A stretch of 64,000 nucleotides of DNA, taken from the NCBI RefSeq assembly GCF_009914755.1, contig NC_060941.1. One strand, 5' to 3'. The position numbers and the translations under genes are program-made. The notes beneath the pieces are model-generated. The model was not told where the DNA came from and did not search any database. It worked only from the letters and a program-made list of their open reading frames with translations. Positions 1 to 18,344 of this stretch are shown here, piece after piece (position 1 is the first letter of the stretch; the number at the start of each line of letters is the position of its first letter). This DNA is from the human T2T-CHM13v2.0 reference genome, Homo sapiens.

Positions 1-906
1 GGTGGTGCTGAGGGTCAGAGGAAGAAGTAAAAATTGTGAGAAAGGAGAAACATGGGCTTGGGGAGAACCCAGAATTGGGGACAGAAGACCTGGCACTAAG
101 CTATAGCACTTAGCACCTCTGATCTTGTTTTTCCTCGTCCGTAAAAGGAGATTAACAGTGCTTTTCTGCCCACCTCTTGGGGAGAAGGGAATAATTTAGT
201 TGGTAAAAAAAAAACTTTTGAATAATAAGCAACTCTGTCTTTATATAAGTAGCCAAGCATTATTAATTATCCACCCCATATCACTGGTAGATACCTGTAT
301 TCAAGCTATGTGGACATAAAAGCAGTCACATTTTAGAAGTCATGAAGTTGGTGCTAATAAACCTAATCTACAGAAAAACTCTTGAAAGCACTTGAGCATT
401 TGTTCTGTGAATAGAAAGGTTTGAGATTCAGAGCAAGTTCAGAGTTGGATGGTCTAAGAATGGAAAAGCCCTCCATTCCATTAGAAGAGCCAGGGAGCAA
501 TTTCTGGTTATGGAACCAGAAGCTCTCAGGCTTCAAATAAAACAGCATCACTTGTACTCTTATAAAATTGTAAAAACAAAAACAAAACTGGATCTACATT
601 TGTCCTAAAAGGCAGAGAGTACTTGAGACCTCATGCATATAAAACCAGCTTACAAACTACATCGCACTATATGAAGAAATTATCACTGGGGGCAAATCAC
701 CAAGTAGGGAGCACAATACACAGGGTGTGGATGTTAATGTCATTCCCTAGCCTTCTCATTCCCTTCTCTTGGTCCTTTATGCATATGGAACAGTTCCATT
801 ATTAAATTTTGTAATAATAACTGAGAACCTGACTCCCAGCAAGGGAGTAGTTCAGAAGTTGAGGGAGTTTAAATCTGAATGAGTAAATAAAGCAATTATA
901 TCATTA

Positions 907-1188
<282 letters not shown>

Positions 1189-1921
1189 CTACCACAGGGC
1201 TGGGCAGAAAGGTGTTACTGAGGCCTGTGGACTGGACAGTTGGGTAGGAACCAGAAGGGCAATGGGAAGGAGGACAAAGGTGCCCAACTGAAGGGTAAGC
1301 ATGGCAGTGAGTATGGTATGCCTAGAATAAAAGTGGTTGGGATTAGAATTGGGTGACACTGATCAGTAGTTTAATTCAGAAGTATCTCTTCCCAACTCAA
1401 AAGTCTCACTTTGGGCTGAAAGTACACAGGAAGAAAGTAGACTTCTAAGAAGAGTCTGAATAAGCCCCCAACTTCTGGAGTCCCTTTCTCAATCTCTGTT
1501 GGCAGTGGGAAATATTAGAAATTACTCTGGGCATTAAAAATAGCTCAGTTTAACCTGGATTGTGGGGTTAAAAAAATAACAGATTGCATTGGCCAAATCT
1601 CGACAATTTGAGCATTCAAAAGAGTAACAATAAGCTACAACATAATTAATATATAAAAAAGAATCCATGAAGAATGATATTTAAAAAGAGAGGGAGTTGT
1701 TCTTTAATGAAATAATGCCAGCTAATGAATGTAGAAGGAATGACAGAATTTTAAAAAGTGTTACTTTGCAACCACCAATGTAATAAAAATTGATTCAGAC
1801 AAGGATTGTCATTGATGGACACAGCTGGGTGAGAAGACATTTGAGAACAGGATCTTTACTGATCTCAAAGTACCACCACACAGATATTTTATTAATTACC
1901 AAAGGGAAAAATTATTTTTTA

Positions 1922-2279
<358 letters not shown>

Positions 2280-3267
2280 TGATCAAACTTAGCATTATGA
2301 GCCACCTGCAATCACGAGGCAGGAAGGATATATCACCTATGCAGTATTTTTCCCAAAAATGCTTACCTTGAATCTCATCATGTGGAAACAGACAAATCCA
2401 GATTATGGGACAATTTACAAAACAACTATCTTTGACTCTTAAAAAATGCCATGTCATGAAAGATCAAAAAAAGTAGAGGAATGTTTTAGATTAAAGGAAA
2501 TGAAGACATGACATGCAGTGCCTAATCTTTGATTGGATTCTGTGCTATTCTTTCATCTTTCTGGTATGTTTGAATTTTTTTTGAAATATAAACTTGGGCA
2601 AAAGAGATAACCAAGATAATTGATTAATTTATTGTTATGGCTCATTGGGGGCAGTTTCAGAGAAATAAAAACAATCTTTGTAACTGGAGTAAATTCTCAA
2701 GGTTAATCTTAAGCAATATAGCATGGTCATTAAGAATACAGATTCCACAGCCAGACTAGGCTTAAATCCCAGCTCTGTGAATAATGTGAATTTGGGCACA
2801 TTGATTAATCTCTGTTCCTTGGCCTTGTCATTATAATAGTACCTACCTCTAATGAGTTTTGAGGATTAGATGAATCAGTACCTGAAAAATGCCTGACACA
2901 CAGTGAGTGCTCAATAAATGTTAACTACTGTAATTATTACATTACAGAGGTTGTGGGGGGGCCTTTTCTGAGTCCTCCAAAAGGATGACTTTATTAGGGC
3001 CACATTAAGACTGTGGAAACAGAAGAGTATTCAACAGATAAATGAAGTCTATGAGTTGGGGGTACAATTTATGGAGTTTTAGATTAAAACTGCATCCAAT
3101 AAGTTGGTCTGACACATCTTTCAAACCTATAGAGGAATAATCACAAGTGACTAGTATTCCTTTGGGTCCAATAGAGGTCTCTGATCTTCATACAGATTGA
3201 ATGTACCCAGAACCGTAACCTAGCATTTTACTTATATAGCAACCTTAACTCTGACACAAAAGTGTTT

Positions 3268-3546
3268 CTTTTGTTTTGAGGCCAAGTCTCACTCTGTTAC
3301 ACAGGCTGAGTGCAGTGGTGCAATCTCACTTCACTGCAGCCTCTGCCTCCTGGGCTCAAATGATCCTCCCACCTCAGCCTCCTGAGTAGCTAGAACTACA
3401 GGTGAGTGCCACCATGCCTGGCTCATTTTTGTATTTTTTGTAGAGATGGGGTTTCACCATGTTGCCCAGGCTGGTCTCAAACTCCTGAGCTCAAGCAACC
3501 CTCTCTCCTTGGCCTCCCAAAGTGCTGGGATTACAGGCATGAGCCT
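3268..3546 (-). mobile_element. AluJ-type
   Basis: Alu motifs with gctcaa...tcctcccacctcagc. Confidence 0.85.
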
Positions 3547-3589
3547 GAAGTTTAATTGTTATTCTTTTCCTGCCCCCGACTTTTGATTT

Positions 3590-3981
3590 TAAACATTTTC
3601 TTTTTTTCCTTTAAGCCTTAGGATGGCTAGGAAGCATTTTCAGATGGTATAATGAACACCTGTTTAACTTTCATCTGGAATCAACAGTTGCTAATACTTT
3701 GCCACATTTGCTTTCCATGTGTGTATGTCTATACATTTTCTGGACAAACCATTTGAGAGTCAGTTGCAGACAAAATGACCCTTTGCCATTAAAGACTTCA
3801 GTGTGCAGCCCCTAAGAAGCAAGGCATTCTCCTGCATAACCAGAGGACTATCATCACCCAATGGAACTTCATATTATCATTGTCTACTATGCAGCCCATA
3901 TACACATTTTCACAATTGTCCCAATCATAACATGGCTTAAAAAATTCAGAATCCAATCCAACATCAGACATTGCATTTAGC
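3590..3981 (-). mobile_element. Old L1MC/ME 3' fragment split by the SH3GL1 retrocopy (resumes at about 6570)
   Basis: aatccaatc...cattgcatttag on one side continues as tctttagtctccttcaatctag across the insertion. Confidence 0.55.
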
Positions 3982-3991
3982 GTTCATGATT

Positions 3992-6559
3992 TTTTTTTTT
4001 TTTTTTTTGTAGAAAGACCTTTAATACTTCTGTTTACAAAATTCAGGCATACATTTCAGTTTGCCCTGAACCGTGCCCAAGGCTGTGTGCTCATCTCTGC
4101 CAGGATGTCTGTGCCCTCATGTACTGCTGACGTGGAGGGTGCAGAGCAGAGCCTGGGGTCTGGAGGCTTCGCTGGGCCTCAGGGGGAGGGGAATGTGAAT
4201 GTGGCCCGGCCCAGAGGACCCTCCATTTCATCAGTTTTGGATTGGGCAACAGAGGAAGCAGATGTCTGGGCTGCAGACCTGCTGGTCTGGGCAGGGGTTT
4301 GGGAACCCCGGGGTTGCCTGCCATGGTCTAGAGGAGATGGCTGCGGCTACTTCCCACAGGGTGGGGTGGCCACTAGGGGCTTGAAGATTTGCTCACTGGA
4401 GCCTTTGTGCTTGGCCCTCAGCAGCACAGCTGGGGCTGTGGTCCCGTGCAAGGTGTGCTGAGGGTTGTGTAGGTGGCTGGTGGTGGCAGCTTGTGCCAGA
4501 GTGACACAGGCTTCTGTGGGCCTGGCTGGGGGCAGTTAAAAAGCCGAAAAGGTACTTGGCTTTGTGAGGGCAAGGCTTGGGAGGCGGGGCCCTGCAGGAC
4601 GTCATGTTCTCTGTCCTGGTTAGGAGGGGGGAGGTGTTGGGGCGGGGAAGGGGGGGCAGATCCCAACTGGCCCCTGTCCCTGGGCTGCAAGCTGACAGCA
4701 GGCCAGGGAAGCAGTGAGGCCTTCTGCCCTGGCCTTGGGGAGAAGGAGTGCATGTGTGAGGCTGGGATACAGTGGCCCTGGAGTGGGGCTAGGGCTCATC
4801 GCCAGCACCAGGCGCGGGGAGGATTTAAAACCAGAGTCCTGTCTCTGAGCCACCCCACAGGCACGCTTGATCCAAGCCTGTTAAGGCCGTGGAACTCGAG
4901 GGTAGGCAGTGGGCTGGGCCACCGTGGGTTCAGGATGGAGGTGTGGGGGCTGCCCTGGAGGAACGTTAGTGTTTCTGAGAGCACCTTAGTGTTGCTCTGC
5001 CTCAGCCAGCTGGGCAAGGAGTTGGGGAGCGGGGAGGAGGCCGGCGCCATGGAGTGGGGAAGGGAGCCGTCACTGTTGGGGATCAGCCGCTAGTGTAAAC
5101 GAGCATCTCCACCCACCCAGATAAGCCCCCCACCCAAGTGTGGAGCCCTGCTCAGGGAGTACCTCAAGGGCCCCGGCCTGGGTGGCGCCAGCAGGCTTGG
5201 ACACTGCCCTGGCAGCAGGGGCCCCGTGGAAGGCAGGATACCCAGCAGGGGGTGCCACCCAGTGTGGATGGAGGGGCAGGGCGGGGGCGCCCCTGAGTCA
5301 CTGGGCAGAGGCACGAGCACGTCCACATAGCTGAGCAGGAAGAAGCCCGACTGGCCGTCCAGCATGCCCTCGTATCAGTTCTCGTTCATCTGGTTGATCA
5401 GCATGAAGACATCGCCCTCATGGAAGCCCAGCTCCCTATCTTTCTCCGGCTCCAAGTCATACAGCCCTTGCAGCTCGGCTGGTCTAGGGGCGGCATGCTC
5501 CTGCTAGGAGTCCAGATGGACTTGTCGTAAGATCGGAAAGAGGACGAAGCTGCGATCTTGGGGACTGTGGTGCAGGGGAAGCCCCGGTTGGACTGCTCAG
5601 GCTTTCCGAGGTCAAAGCACTCCCGGGGCTTGGGCTTATACTCCCGCCTGGGTCGTGAGGAAGCTTCCCGGATCCTGCACTTGAACTTCTGGGCCAGCTG
5701 GTCCAGGATCTGCACGGCCTGCCGGTGGTAGTCCAGCTGCGCCTCTGCCAAGGCCGGGAGTTGACTCACCTACTGGATGTCGGTCTCCAGGAGGTTGTGC
5801 ATGCTGGTTTCTGCCACCTCCTTGGACTCCTCAAACTTCTCCAGCGCCTGGTGCAGCTCCTCTTCGGGGATCTTGCCCTGCCGCTTCTTTTAGTCAAAGT
5901 CCAGGCGGCGGCCCTCCAGCTTCTGCAGGTGGTGCTGGATCTCCTTCAGGTCTTTCTCACATAGGTTCTGGAGGGGGTCCATGAAGTTATGCTTGACCTC
6001 TATGTCCAGGGAGTCCTTCACCTCTGCCAGGTGCTTCATGGGCTCGCCGGCATCCAGCAGTGCATCGCTGAAGTTGGACTCGTCGCGCAGCTCCTTCCCA
6101 TGGCGGATCAGGCACTCGCCCAGGAGCCCCCCTGACTGCAGGTAGCCGGGGTTCTTCACCTGGCCCCGGATCTTGCACGCGGTGTTGAGCATGGTCAGTT
6201 TAGCCTGCGAGGCTGGGTTGGGCTGCGGGTACTCGATGGTCCTGGACAGTACTTACGTCACCGCCTTGCTGATGACATCCACCTTCTCCATCTCTTCGAA
6301 GTCATCATCCAGCTTGGTCCCCTCAGCCCCTCCGACCTTCTCACTGACCAGTTGGCTCGCCTTGTAGAACTGCTTCTTCAGCCCGGCAACCGACATGCTG
6401 CCTCCTGCCGCGGAACCTTCCGCCCAGACCCCCCTGCCCAGACCCCGCCAGCGACAGGCTCCCGGGCACCACCAACCCTCTGCGCGCCTCAGCGGCCCCC
6501 ATCAGCACCGCCTCCACCACCCGCTTGCCAGCTCGGCGCCCGCCCCGGCGCCGCCTCGA
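3992..6559 (-). pseudogene. SH3GL1P3: Full-length processed SH3GL1 (endophilin A2) pseudogene; CDS equivalent about 5298-6396
   Basis: Intronless N-BAR + SH3 sequence from [33 protein letters not shown] to GMLDGQSGFFLLSYVDVLVPLP. Stops at 6253-6255, 5890-5892, 5770-5772 and 5375-5377, plus frameshifts. GC-rich 5' UTR, about 1.3 kb of 3' UTR, ATTAAA at 4020-4025, poly(A) 3992-4008, TSD gttcatgatt at 3982-3991 and 6560-6569. The parent is certain; the copy number P3 is inferred. Confidence 0.92.
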
Positions 6560-7214
6560 GTTCATGATTCTTTAGTCTCCTTCAATCTAGATCTGTTCCC
6601 AGGATTGTTTAAAAGCATACTGACAAACCTTTGAGACTGTAAATGACCTGAGGTATACATTATCTTTACTTGAGAATAGTAATTTTTCAATATGCATTAA
6701 AGATCATTACACATGAGCTAAGACAAATGAGCTGGTCTACTTACTTTGTATATAAATGTGTAAACTCCTGAAGACTTCCAATAATGAACTCCAATAAGGC
6801 AATTAGTTCAATGTCTTTATGGCCTTGGCGACAAATGGTTACAGACAATGAGAGCATTTTTCCTATACACTAATGGTCAAGAAAAAAGCAGACAGATCCT
6901 CACTATCTTAGAGAACTAAGTGAGAAAGCTGGTCAGTGAAGAGGACTTCATCCAGAGAGGAAGGGATCTAGCTGACAGAAAGATGCTGCAGGAGGCTGAG
7001 GAAAGTGAGCCTAGAGCAGTAAAACAGATCTAACAACGTGGTGAAGGTAAGAAAGTGACCTGACAAAAATGAATGGAGCAGAGTACTAAATGAAGGGCTA
7101 ATCTTGTATAATGCCCTCAACCAGCCTTAGCATAACTGAGTTTCTATTTAGCTTGCATATTGTGGGGGGATGGGGGTGGTGGTGGCACAATTTAAGTTGC
7201 AGTAAGTTGTGTAA

Positions 7215-7633
<419 letters not shown>

Positions 7634-7820
7634 TCACACCATATAAATTAACTCAAAATGGATCATAGACCTAAATGATGTAACTATACAATTTCTGGGA
7701 GAAGACATAGAGAGTAAATCTTTTCTACTTTGGATTAAACAACAGGTTCTTAAAGATTTCTTTAGGTAAGAAACAAAAAAGCACAAGCCATATAAGAAAA
7801 AATTGCTAACTTAAAGCTGA

Positions 7821-8135
<315 letters not shown>

Positions 8136-8579
8136 TGAGTCACTGTGTCCAGCCAGAAAACACTTTTAACAGAATGAAAAGACAAACCACAACCAGAGAG
8201 AAGATATTTACCAAACACATATCTATAAGGCCTTGTTTTTTGTTTTTATTTATTTACGTATTTAATTTTTGAGATAGCATCTCACTCTGTGACCCAGGCT
8301 GGACTGCAGTGGTGATCATAGCTCACTGCAGCCTCGACCTCCCAGGCTCAAGCAATCCTCCCACCTCAGTTTCCCAAGTAGCTGGGACCACAGGTGAGCA
8401 CCACCACACCTGGCTAATTTTTATATTTTTGGTAGAGACAAGGTTTTACCATATTGCCCAGGTGGTCTAAAACTCCTGGCCTCAAGCAGTCCTCCTGCCT
8501 CAGCCTCCCAATGTGCTGGGATTATAGGCATGAGCTACTGTACCTAGTCCCTGAAAAGACTTGTATCTAGAATCTATAA

Positions 8580-8898
<319 letters not shown>

Positions 8899-9134
8899 TA
8901 AAGCACTCTTAAAACTCAATAATGACGAATGTCTCACGGGATTACAGGGAAAAAAACCTCAATAAAAATATTAATATCCAATTAAAATATGCGAATAGAT
9001 TTGAACAATTTAGTAAAGATATTTGCACATGAATATTGTATATCACTAGCTATTAAAGAAATGCAAATTAAAACCAGAATGAGATTCCACTACACATCTA
9101 GCAGTAGAAAGGTGAATATTTCTTTAAAAACTCA

Positions 9135-9792
<658 letters not shown>

Positions 9793-10084
9793 TCATACAA
9801 TGCTGGTGGAAATGTAAAATGGCACAGCCACTTTAGGAAACAGTTTAGCAGTTTCTTAAAAAGTTAAATATACACTAAGCATGTGAACCATCCAACTCCT
9901 GGTATTTACCCAAAGAAATGAAAACATAGGTTCACACAAAGACCTGTATATGAGTGTTTTTAGAAGTTTTATTCAAAATTGCCAAAAACTGGAAGCTACC
10001 CAAATGTCCATACATTGATGAATGGATAAACACATTGATACGTCCACACAACTGAAATACTACTGAGCAATAAAAAGGAGTGAA

Positions 10085-10380
10085 CAGTTGTCCTTCGGTG
10101 TCTGCAGGGGATTGGCTCCAGGACCCCCTGCGGATACCAAAGTCCACAGATGCTGAAGTCTTTTATATGAAATGACATAATACTTGATATAATAAATGAC
10201 ATAAGCCTCGGGTATACTTTAAATACCTAATACAGTGTAAATGGTATGTAAATAATTATACCATAAATTTTCTATTGTTTTTATTGTTGTATTATTATTT
10301 TACATATTTTTATTTTTTCCCAAATATTCTCCATCCATTGTTAGTTGAATCCATGGATGAGGAACCTGCAGATATGGAGG
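10085..10380 (+). mobile_element. MER2 (Tigger-type DNA transposon MITE)
   Basis: cagttgtccttcggt...ggggattggctccaggaccccc...ggataccaaa signature. Confidence 0.75.
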
Positions 10381-10419
10381 TGCAACAACATGGATGGTAG
10401 CATAATCTCAAAAAAATTA

Positions 10420-10777
<358 letters not shown>

Positions 10778-10985
10778 CTACATGATTTCATTTATAAGAC
10801 ATTCTGAAAAACGCAAAACTATAGGAACAGAAATCAGATTAGTAGCTAACAGGGGCTGATGGTGGGAGGAGGGGATTGCCTACAAAGGGACACGAGGGGC
10901 CTTTTTGAGGTGACAGAAATGCTTTATATTGGGAATGTGGTGGTGGTTATGTAACTATACATTTGTCAAAACTCATCAAACTAGC

Positions 10986-11303
<318 letters not shown>

Positions 11304-11421
11304 TTATAAAGGGTGAATGTTATGTGAAAATTATATCTCAATAAACCTGACTTAAGAAAATAATAAAACAAACCTAAAAAACCAACTAAGTAAAAATAAA
11401 TCTAAGAAAAAAATAACTTAC

Positions 11422-11496
11422 AGTTTTTCCAATTCAACAGTCATCCTGAGAATGTTCTTAATTGTTGTAAGTGGGACTTGTGTTGTTCCCATGTAT
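11422..11496 (-). pseudogene. LRRC37 exon (75 nt, [25 protein letters not shown])
   Basis: cttcttcAG acceptor and GTAAGT donor; matches LRRC37A [25 protein letters not shown]. Confidence 0.92.
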
Positions 11497-12085
11497 CTGA
11501 AGAAGAAAGCCGAAACATTCATGATATGAAGCCCAATACCAAAATTCTGTCCTTAAAAAGATATTTCAAGGACATGTGACTACTTCAATTTTGGCTTCTC
11601 TATAAAACAAGCCAGTTCAACAGTTTATTTGCTGTAAAATTCCAGAGAGCTCTTATTAAAGAAATTTAAGTTGATCTGCATCATCAAATTTAATGATACT
11701 TAAGAGTAGAACTTACACTTATTTTTTACCATTATCTTCTCATTTCATATTGCATTCACCCATTTTGATTATTTACTCTTTTCTTCCTTTTTAGAATAAT
11801 GAACACCTATTCCTCTTTGCTTTCTTGGTTAAGTAGTATTCCTCCATATGTCTACATGTTCCAAATCTATACAGGTTTTTCAACACGGTTCTCTTCCTCT
11901 GCTGCTGCTGGCTGTCTTGACCATTACACATCTTTTCTTAATCCTTTTCTTTGCCAATAACTTTTTTCAATAACTCAGTTAAAATTTATGACTTTTTAGC
12001 CTAAATGCAAAATACTTAATCTTTGATGACAAATTTAAAAGAGCATAAGTCATCTCATGACTCATGAGAGTACTATAGTACTTAC

Positions 12086-12157
12086 AGATATATTAATGCC
12101 GGCAGTTCCAAGAGCTACGGATCTTCAACAGCTGTCAGAGGATTGTGATTGAGAATT
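12086..12157 (-). pseudogene. LRRC37 LRR exon (72 nt, ILNHNPLTAVEDP*LLELPALIYL) with premature stop
   Basis: ttttatcAG acceptor and GTAAGT donor; in-frame TAG at 12115-12117 where LRRC37A has Tyr. Confidence 0.92.
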
Positions 12158-12505
12158 CTGATAAAAATGCAATGAAATTAAAATTACCTGCATTTTCAAT
12201 GTGTGAAACTGCATCAAAAGCTTATATTCATTTTTTGTTATGGAACTTTTAGGTTAAAAAAATCATTTTCTGTTTTTACCTAATAAATCACCATTAGAAT
12301 CTGTAAAGCACTATTCCTTTGGGAACTACCTAGGTCTCTAGAAGATAGAGGAGAGAAAGAGGGGAAGAAATAGAAAAAAAAAAAACAAGTGGATAGCAAA
12401 GAAAAAATATGCTGCAGAACTTTTCAGGTCAAAAACCCTAGAAGTGACTATGTTGGTAGGAAGCCCTGACTCTGCAGGAAACACTATATCTAGTGTCCTC
12501 CATAA

Positions 12506-12760
<255 letters not shown>

Positions 12761-13617
12761 TGATCCATCCCCCTTGGCCTACCAAAGTGTTAAGATTACA
12801 GGCGTGAGCCACTGCACCTGACTGCTTGCCTTTTATCTTCATAAAGTTTTTAAATTTTATGGTTTAATTTGCACAGTTAAGGAAAAAAAAAATAGGACCA
12901 ATTCTTTTGCTTTATAGCCAAAGTAAAAGGGATAAATCTAAGAGGAGGAACTGGTCAAAACCATACTCCTATCACATACTCTCACTTGTCTTCTTGTATG
13001 ACATCACAGCCTTTGTTACATTGCATATAATCATCTGTCTACTTGTCAGTCTCCTGGGCTATCAGCTCCTTGAGGGCAGAGACCACATCTTATCGTCATT
13101 GTCATCCCTGTGACTGGCATCATGTCTGAAATTTACTAGGGATTTAATAAATGTTTATTGAATAAACAAATGACATTTTGTTTATATGTCAATAAATGAA
13201 TAAATTCATTTTGATGTGAATTTTTATTCCAAAATGCTGGAATCTATTTTCTTTTTAATTCTTTAAAGTGAATGAGAAAAAGAAAAGAAACAGGAAGAAA
13301 TAAAAGAAAACCACCCTTTAGGTTAACCCAAGAATCACTGTACTTTTGCAGAAATTATAAAAATAATAATTATTACAGTGAGTTTCTATTGGGCTGCTAG
13401 GTATTTGTGATCAGCATTTCACATTTAATCCTCACAATAACCTTATGTGGTAGATATTATTGCCCTATTTTATAAATGAGGAAACTGAGGCACAGAGAGG
13501 TAACATAACTTGTCCTAGGTCACCAAGCTATTAAGAAACAAAGCTGTAATCTGAACTCATGTGCTTAATCTGTATGAAGAAAAAGGGTTTACTTTAACCT
13601 TATGGTTTTTTAAATTT

Positions 13618-13725
13618 TTCTTTTCTTTCTCTTTCTTTCATTTCCCTTCCTCCCTCTTTCTTTCCCTTCCCTTCCTTCCCTCCCTCCTTGTCCTCCCTCC
13701 CTCCCTCCCTTCCTCCCTTCCTTCT
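13618..13725. repeat. Polypyrimidine (CCTT/CCCT)n tract
   Basis: Seen directly. Confidence 0.85.
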
Positions 13726-13748
13726 TTTAAGTTAAAGTTTCCGTTTAT

Positions 13749-14252
<504 letters not shown>

Positions 14253-14681
14253 TAATGAGCCTGTTCTCTGGTGTGAGAGCAAATGAAAAACAGACCCTCA
14301 GTGCCCCTTCCCTAAGTTAAGCATCAGCAAATTAATGAGGACAGAGAGGAGCATCTGCAGAAACTGCTGCTCTAGTCCAGACACATCCTGAACGCCTCCC
14401 TCTACCTCAAAATGAACTGTGTGAAACTAGATTTCTGAACCACAAGAGAAGTGGAAAGTCTTTTCTAAAGTCAGATGTGGAGGAGAATCTTCACCTTGAG
14501 TCTAAACTCCCCTTCAGGCGATTGAATATACCCACTCTGATTTGCTGGGTATGTTATACAGAGAAATCATAGAATTCTTGCACTTATGGTAGAAGAGTAG
14601 TCAGGAATGTATATGGAATTAAAATAGAGCGATGTATTTTCTTCACAAAATTTTTTCTTTTTTTTTGGCACAATTGCTTAA

Positions 14682-15098
<417 letters not shown>

Positions 15099-15593
15099 TA
15101 ACTGCTTAAATGTCTGCAACATTTAGCTGCAAGGAAGAAAGCTTAACACAAAGTCCCCCAGGGAGCAAAAAACTGCACCGCCACAACCAGCTAATTTTTT
15201 TGCATTTTTAGTAGGGACAGGGTTTCACTATGTTGGCCAGGCTGGTGTTGAACTCCTGACCTCAGGTGATCCACCCGCCTCGGCTCCCAAAGTTCTGTGA
15301 TTACAGGCCTGAGCCACCCCACCCAGGAATAAGACTAATTTGGGGGTCACTTGTTTGATGCCTTTTCTTGCCCATGCCATAGGTCAGAACTAGGACAAGC
15401 AGAGCAGGTCATATATAAGCTATGTAAGTCTCTTGGCCTCTTTGTACCTTAGTTTCCCCATTTGAAAAAAACAAATGGATCTTAAGACATACTTTTCAGA
15501 GTTCATAATGGGCTTATACCCAGCTAACCAATAATTGTATGAGTTTTTATACATAAATAGATGTTTACACTTATTCATCTTCTATTTCACTTA

Positions 15594-15716
<123 letters not shown>

Positions 15717-15924
15717 TTATTTCAGAGCATTTATCATTTGCTGTGAGTCTAATTTATATAGGATGGAACGTAACGTCAATCCTTTCTCTAAGCACTAAAG
15801 AAATCTCCCTGTGGAAGATACTGGCTTATGATTTATAATTTAACATTGCATATGTGGTGCATTAGATACAAAACAGTGAATGCTCAGTAAATATCTGTGC
15901 TAAGTGATCTTTATTTCTCTAGAA

Positions 15925-16136
15925 CAGGATTTCACAACTTCAGTGCCATCAACATTTTGGACTCTATAATTCTTTGCCATGGAGGTTTGTCTTATACCTT
16001 GGAGGATGTTTAGCAGCATCTCTGGCCTCTGCCCACCAGATGCCAGGAGCACACCCACAGTTTTATCAACCAAAACTGTCTCTGGACATTACCAAATGTC
16101 ACCTGAGTACAAAATCACATCAGTTGAGAACCACTG
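15925..16136. mobile_element. MER20 (hAT MITE)
   Basis: ggatgtttagcagcatctctggcctct...ccagatgccag...ttgagaaccactg signature. Confidence 0.75.
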
Positions 16137-16328
16137 CTCTCTGATGATTCACTATGATCTGTGTAATAATTCTCACACTAATCCTTGCTAGAGACAAAAA
16201 CAGTTTGCTATATAATTTTAGTTCCTTTCTACTGGTCAAATTTTAATCATTTCAAAATGAATAGCAAAGAGGTTTATAATTAAGTTTTATAAAAATTCCA
16301 AATGCAATAAAGTTATATTTGTAACTTA

Positions 16329-16445
<117 letters not shown>

Positions 16446-17831
16446 TTAGTATGAATAATAGAGTTTAGAATAATATTGAATACACATTTTTCAACTCTAA
16501 ACGTTTGGACTTGTATTTGAACTTTCCAGAGCCCTAACCCTGCCCATACCTCTCCTAGAGTCTTACCTTCATAGTTTTAATAAATAAAATATACAACTTA
16601 ATAGACTTTGGAATTAATTTTTCCTGAGAGCAGTAGACTTGATTAGATGCCCTTTTGTAGTCTCATCAAATCCTAGATTATGAGCTCAAAGTTTTGATCT
16701 CTATATATAGTTTCTAATATTAAAACAAATAGCCTCACATTTATACACCTTCCTAGTTCAGGTCTGTTTTCCTAAGCCAGTTCAGGATCAGAAGAAATAA
16801 AAGACATCCTTTCACAGCATTTGAAAGGAAGTTGCCCCTTTACCTAATACATAACTTTGAACTAATTCAAATCATATTAATATAATTAATTTATATCATA
16901 TTAATATAAATTCATTTTTGGTTTTATATTGCTTTAATATTTCATGAAAGCGATTTCTTCAGTTATACAGTGATGGGGCTTGTTGTCCCTCCCTCTTTAC
17001 CTGGATGGTGTTACGTTGTCTGGCTGGTGTCTCCATCTCTAGTCTCTCCCTTCCTAAACTATCCTGCACACAGTCATCATATAAACTCTCCAGAAGTGTC
17101 TTCTTTGGGGGCAATTAAAATTTTATATCTACATAGTCTACATAGTCTTCACCCCAATAATTCCATTTCTAGATATCTATTCCACAGGAATACTTGCCCA
17201 TATTCACAAAGAAGCATGTACGGGGATTTCATTGCAGCAACGCATGTAACAAGAAAACTAAGCCTAATATAACAATTCATCAATGGGGGAATTATTAAAT
17301 AAACTACAGTGCATCCATACCGTGGATTATGCAGGAGTTTAAATGAATGGGGTGACCCTCTAAGTACTGGGAAGGAAAGAAATCATGAAGTGAAAGAATA
17401 TCATGTCATACAATAAGTGATACTGTATATGATATCATATAGGTGATACACTTGTCAAATTAGATATATAACCATGAAGTAAAAGAATCAAGTTGCAAGA
17501 AGTTACCATTTAGGTAAAGAAAAAAGATTTTAAAAACCACACAACAAATCTATTTTGCCTTATGTAAATATGTATGTAGGCAAATGGGAAAAAGTCTGGA
17601 AGCATGTATACTAAATGCAGAGCAGCATTACCTCAGGGATGAGGGAGTAGGACACAAGGAGGGTTTTTGTTATACCTGTTTTTGCATTTTTATACATTAA
17701 AAATAGAATCATGGCCTGGGGGTGGTGGCTCATGCCTGTAATATGAGCACTTCAGGAGGCCAAGGTGGGAGGATCACTTGAGCTCAGGAGTTCAGGACCA
17801 GCCTAAATGGCATAGGAAGACCCTGTCTCTA

Positions 17832-18035
<204 letters not shown>

Positions 18036-18254
18036 TTATTTCTGTGATAAAAAATAAATTTAAATTGCCTCTTATTTTAAAGAGAGCCTACCAAATTTAA
18101 TTTTAAAATAACCATAGGATCGCAATCAACAGAGGTTGATTTGGGATATGGAGGAGAAATATCTTTTCTCAGAGGTACCGACCTCAAAATTCTGGACCAA
18201 GAAGGATCTTACAATGCAGTTAGTTTTTTGTCACATTTGGAGAGAATATACTCA

Positions 18255-18344
<90 letters not shown>

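Noticed and set aside
4087-5365. Overlapping ORFs up to 206 aa
   Set aside because: GC-rich SH3GL1 3' UTR of the retrocopy read in spurious frames; no protein homology
5398-6192. ORFs of 100 and 123 aa matching endophilin
   Set aside because: Fragments between premature stops of the processed pseudogene, not a functional CDS
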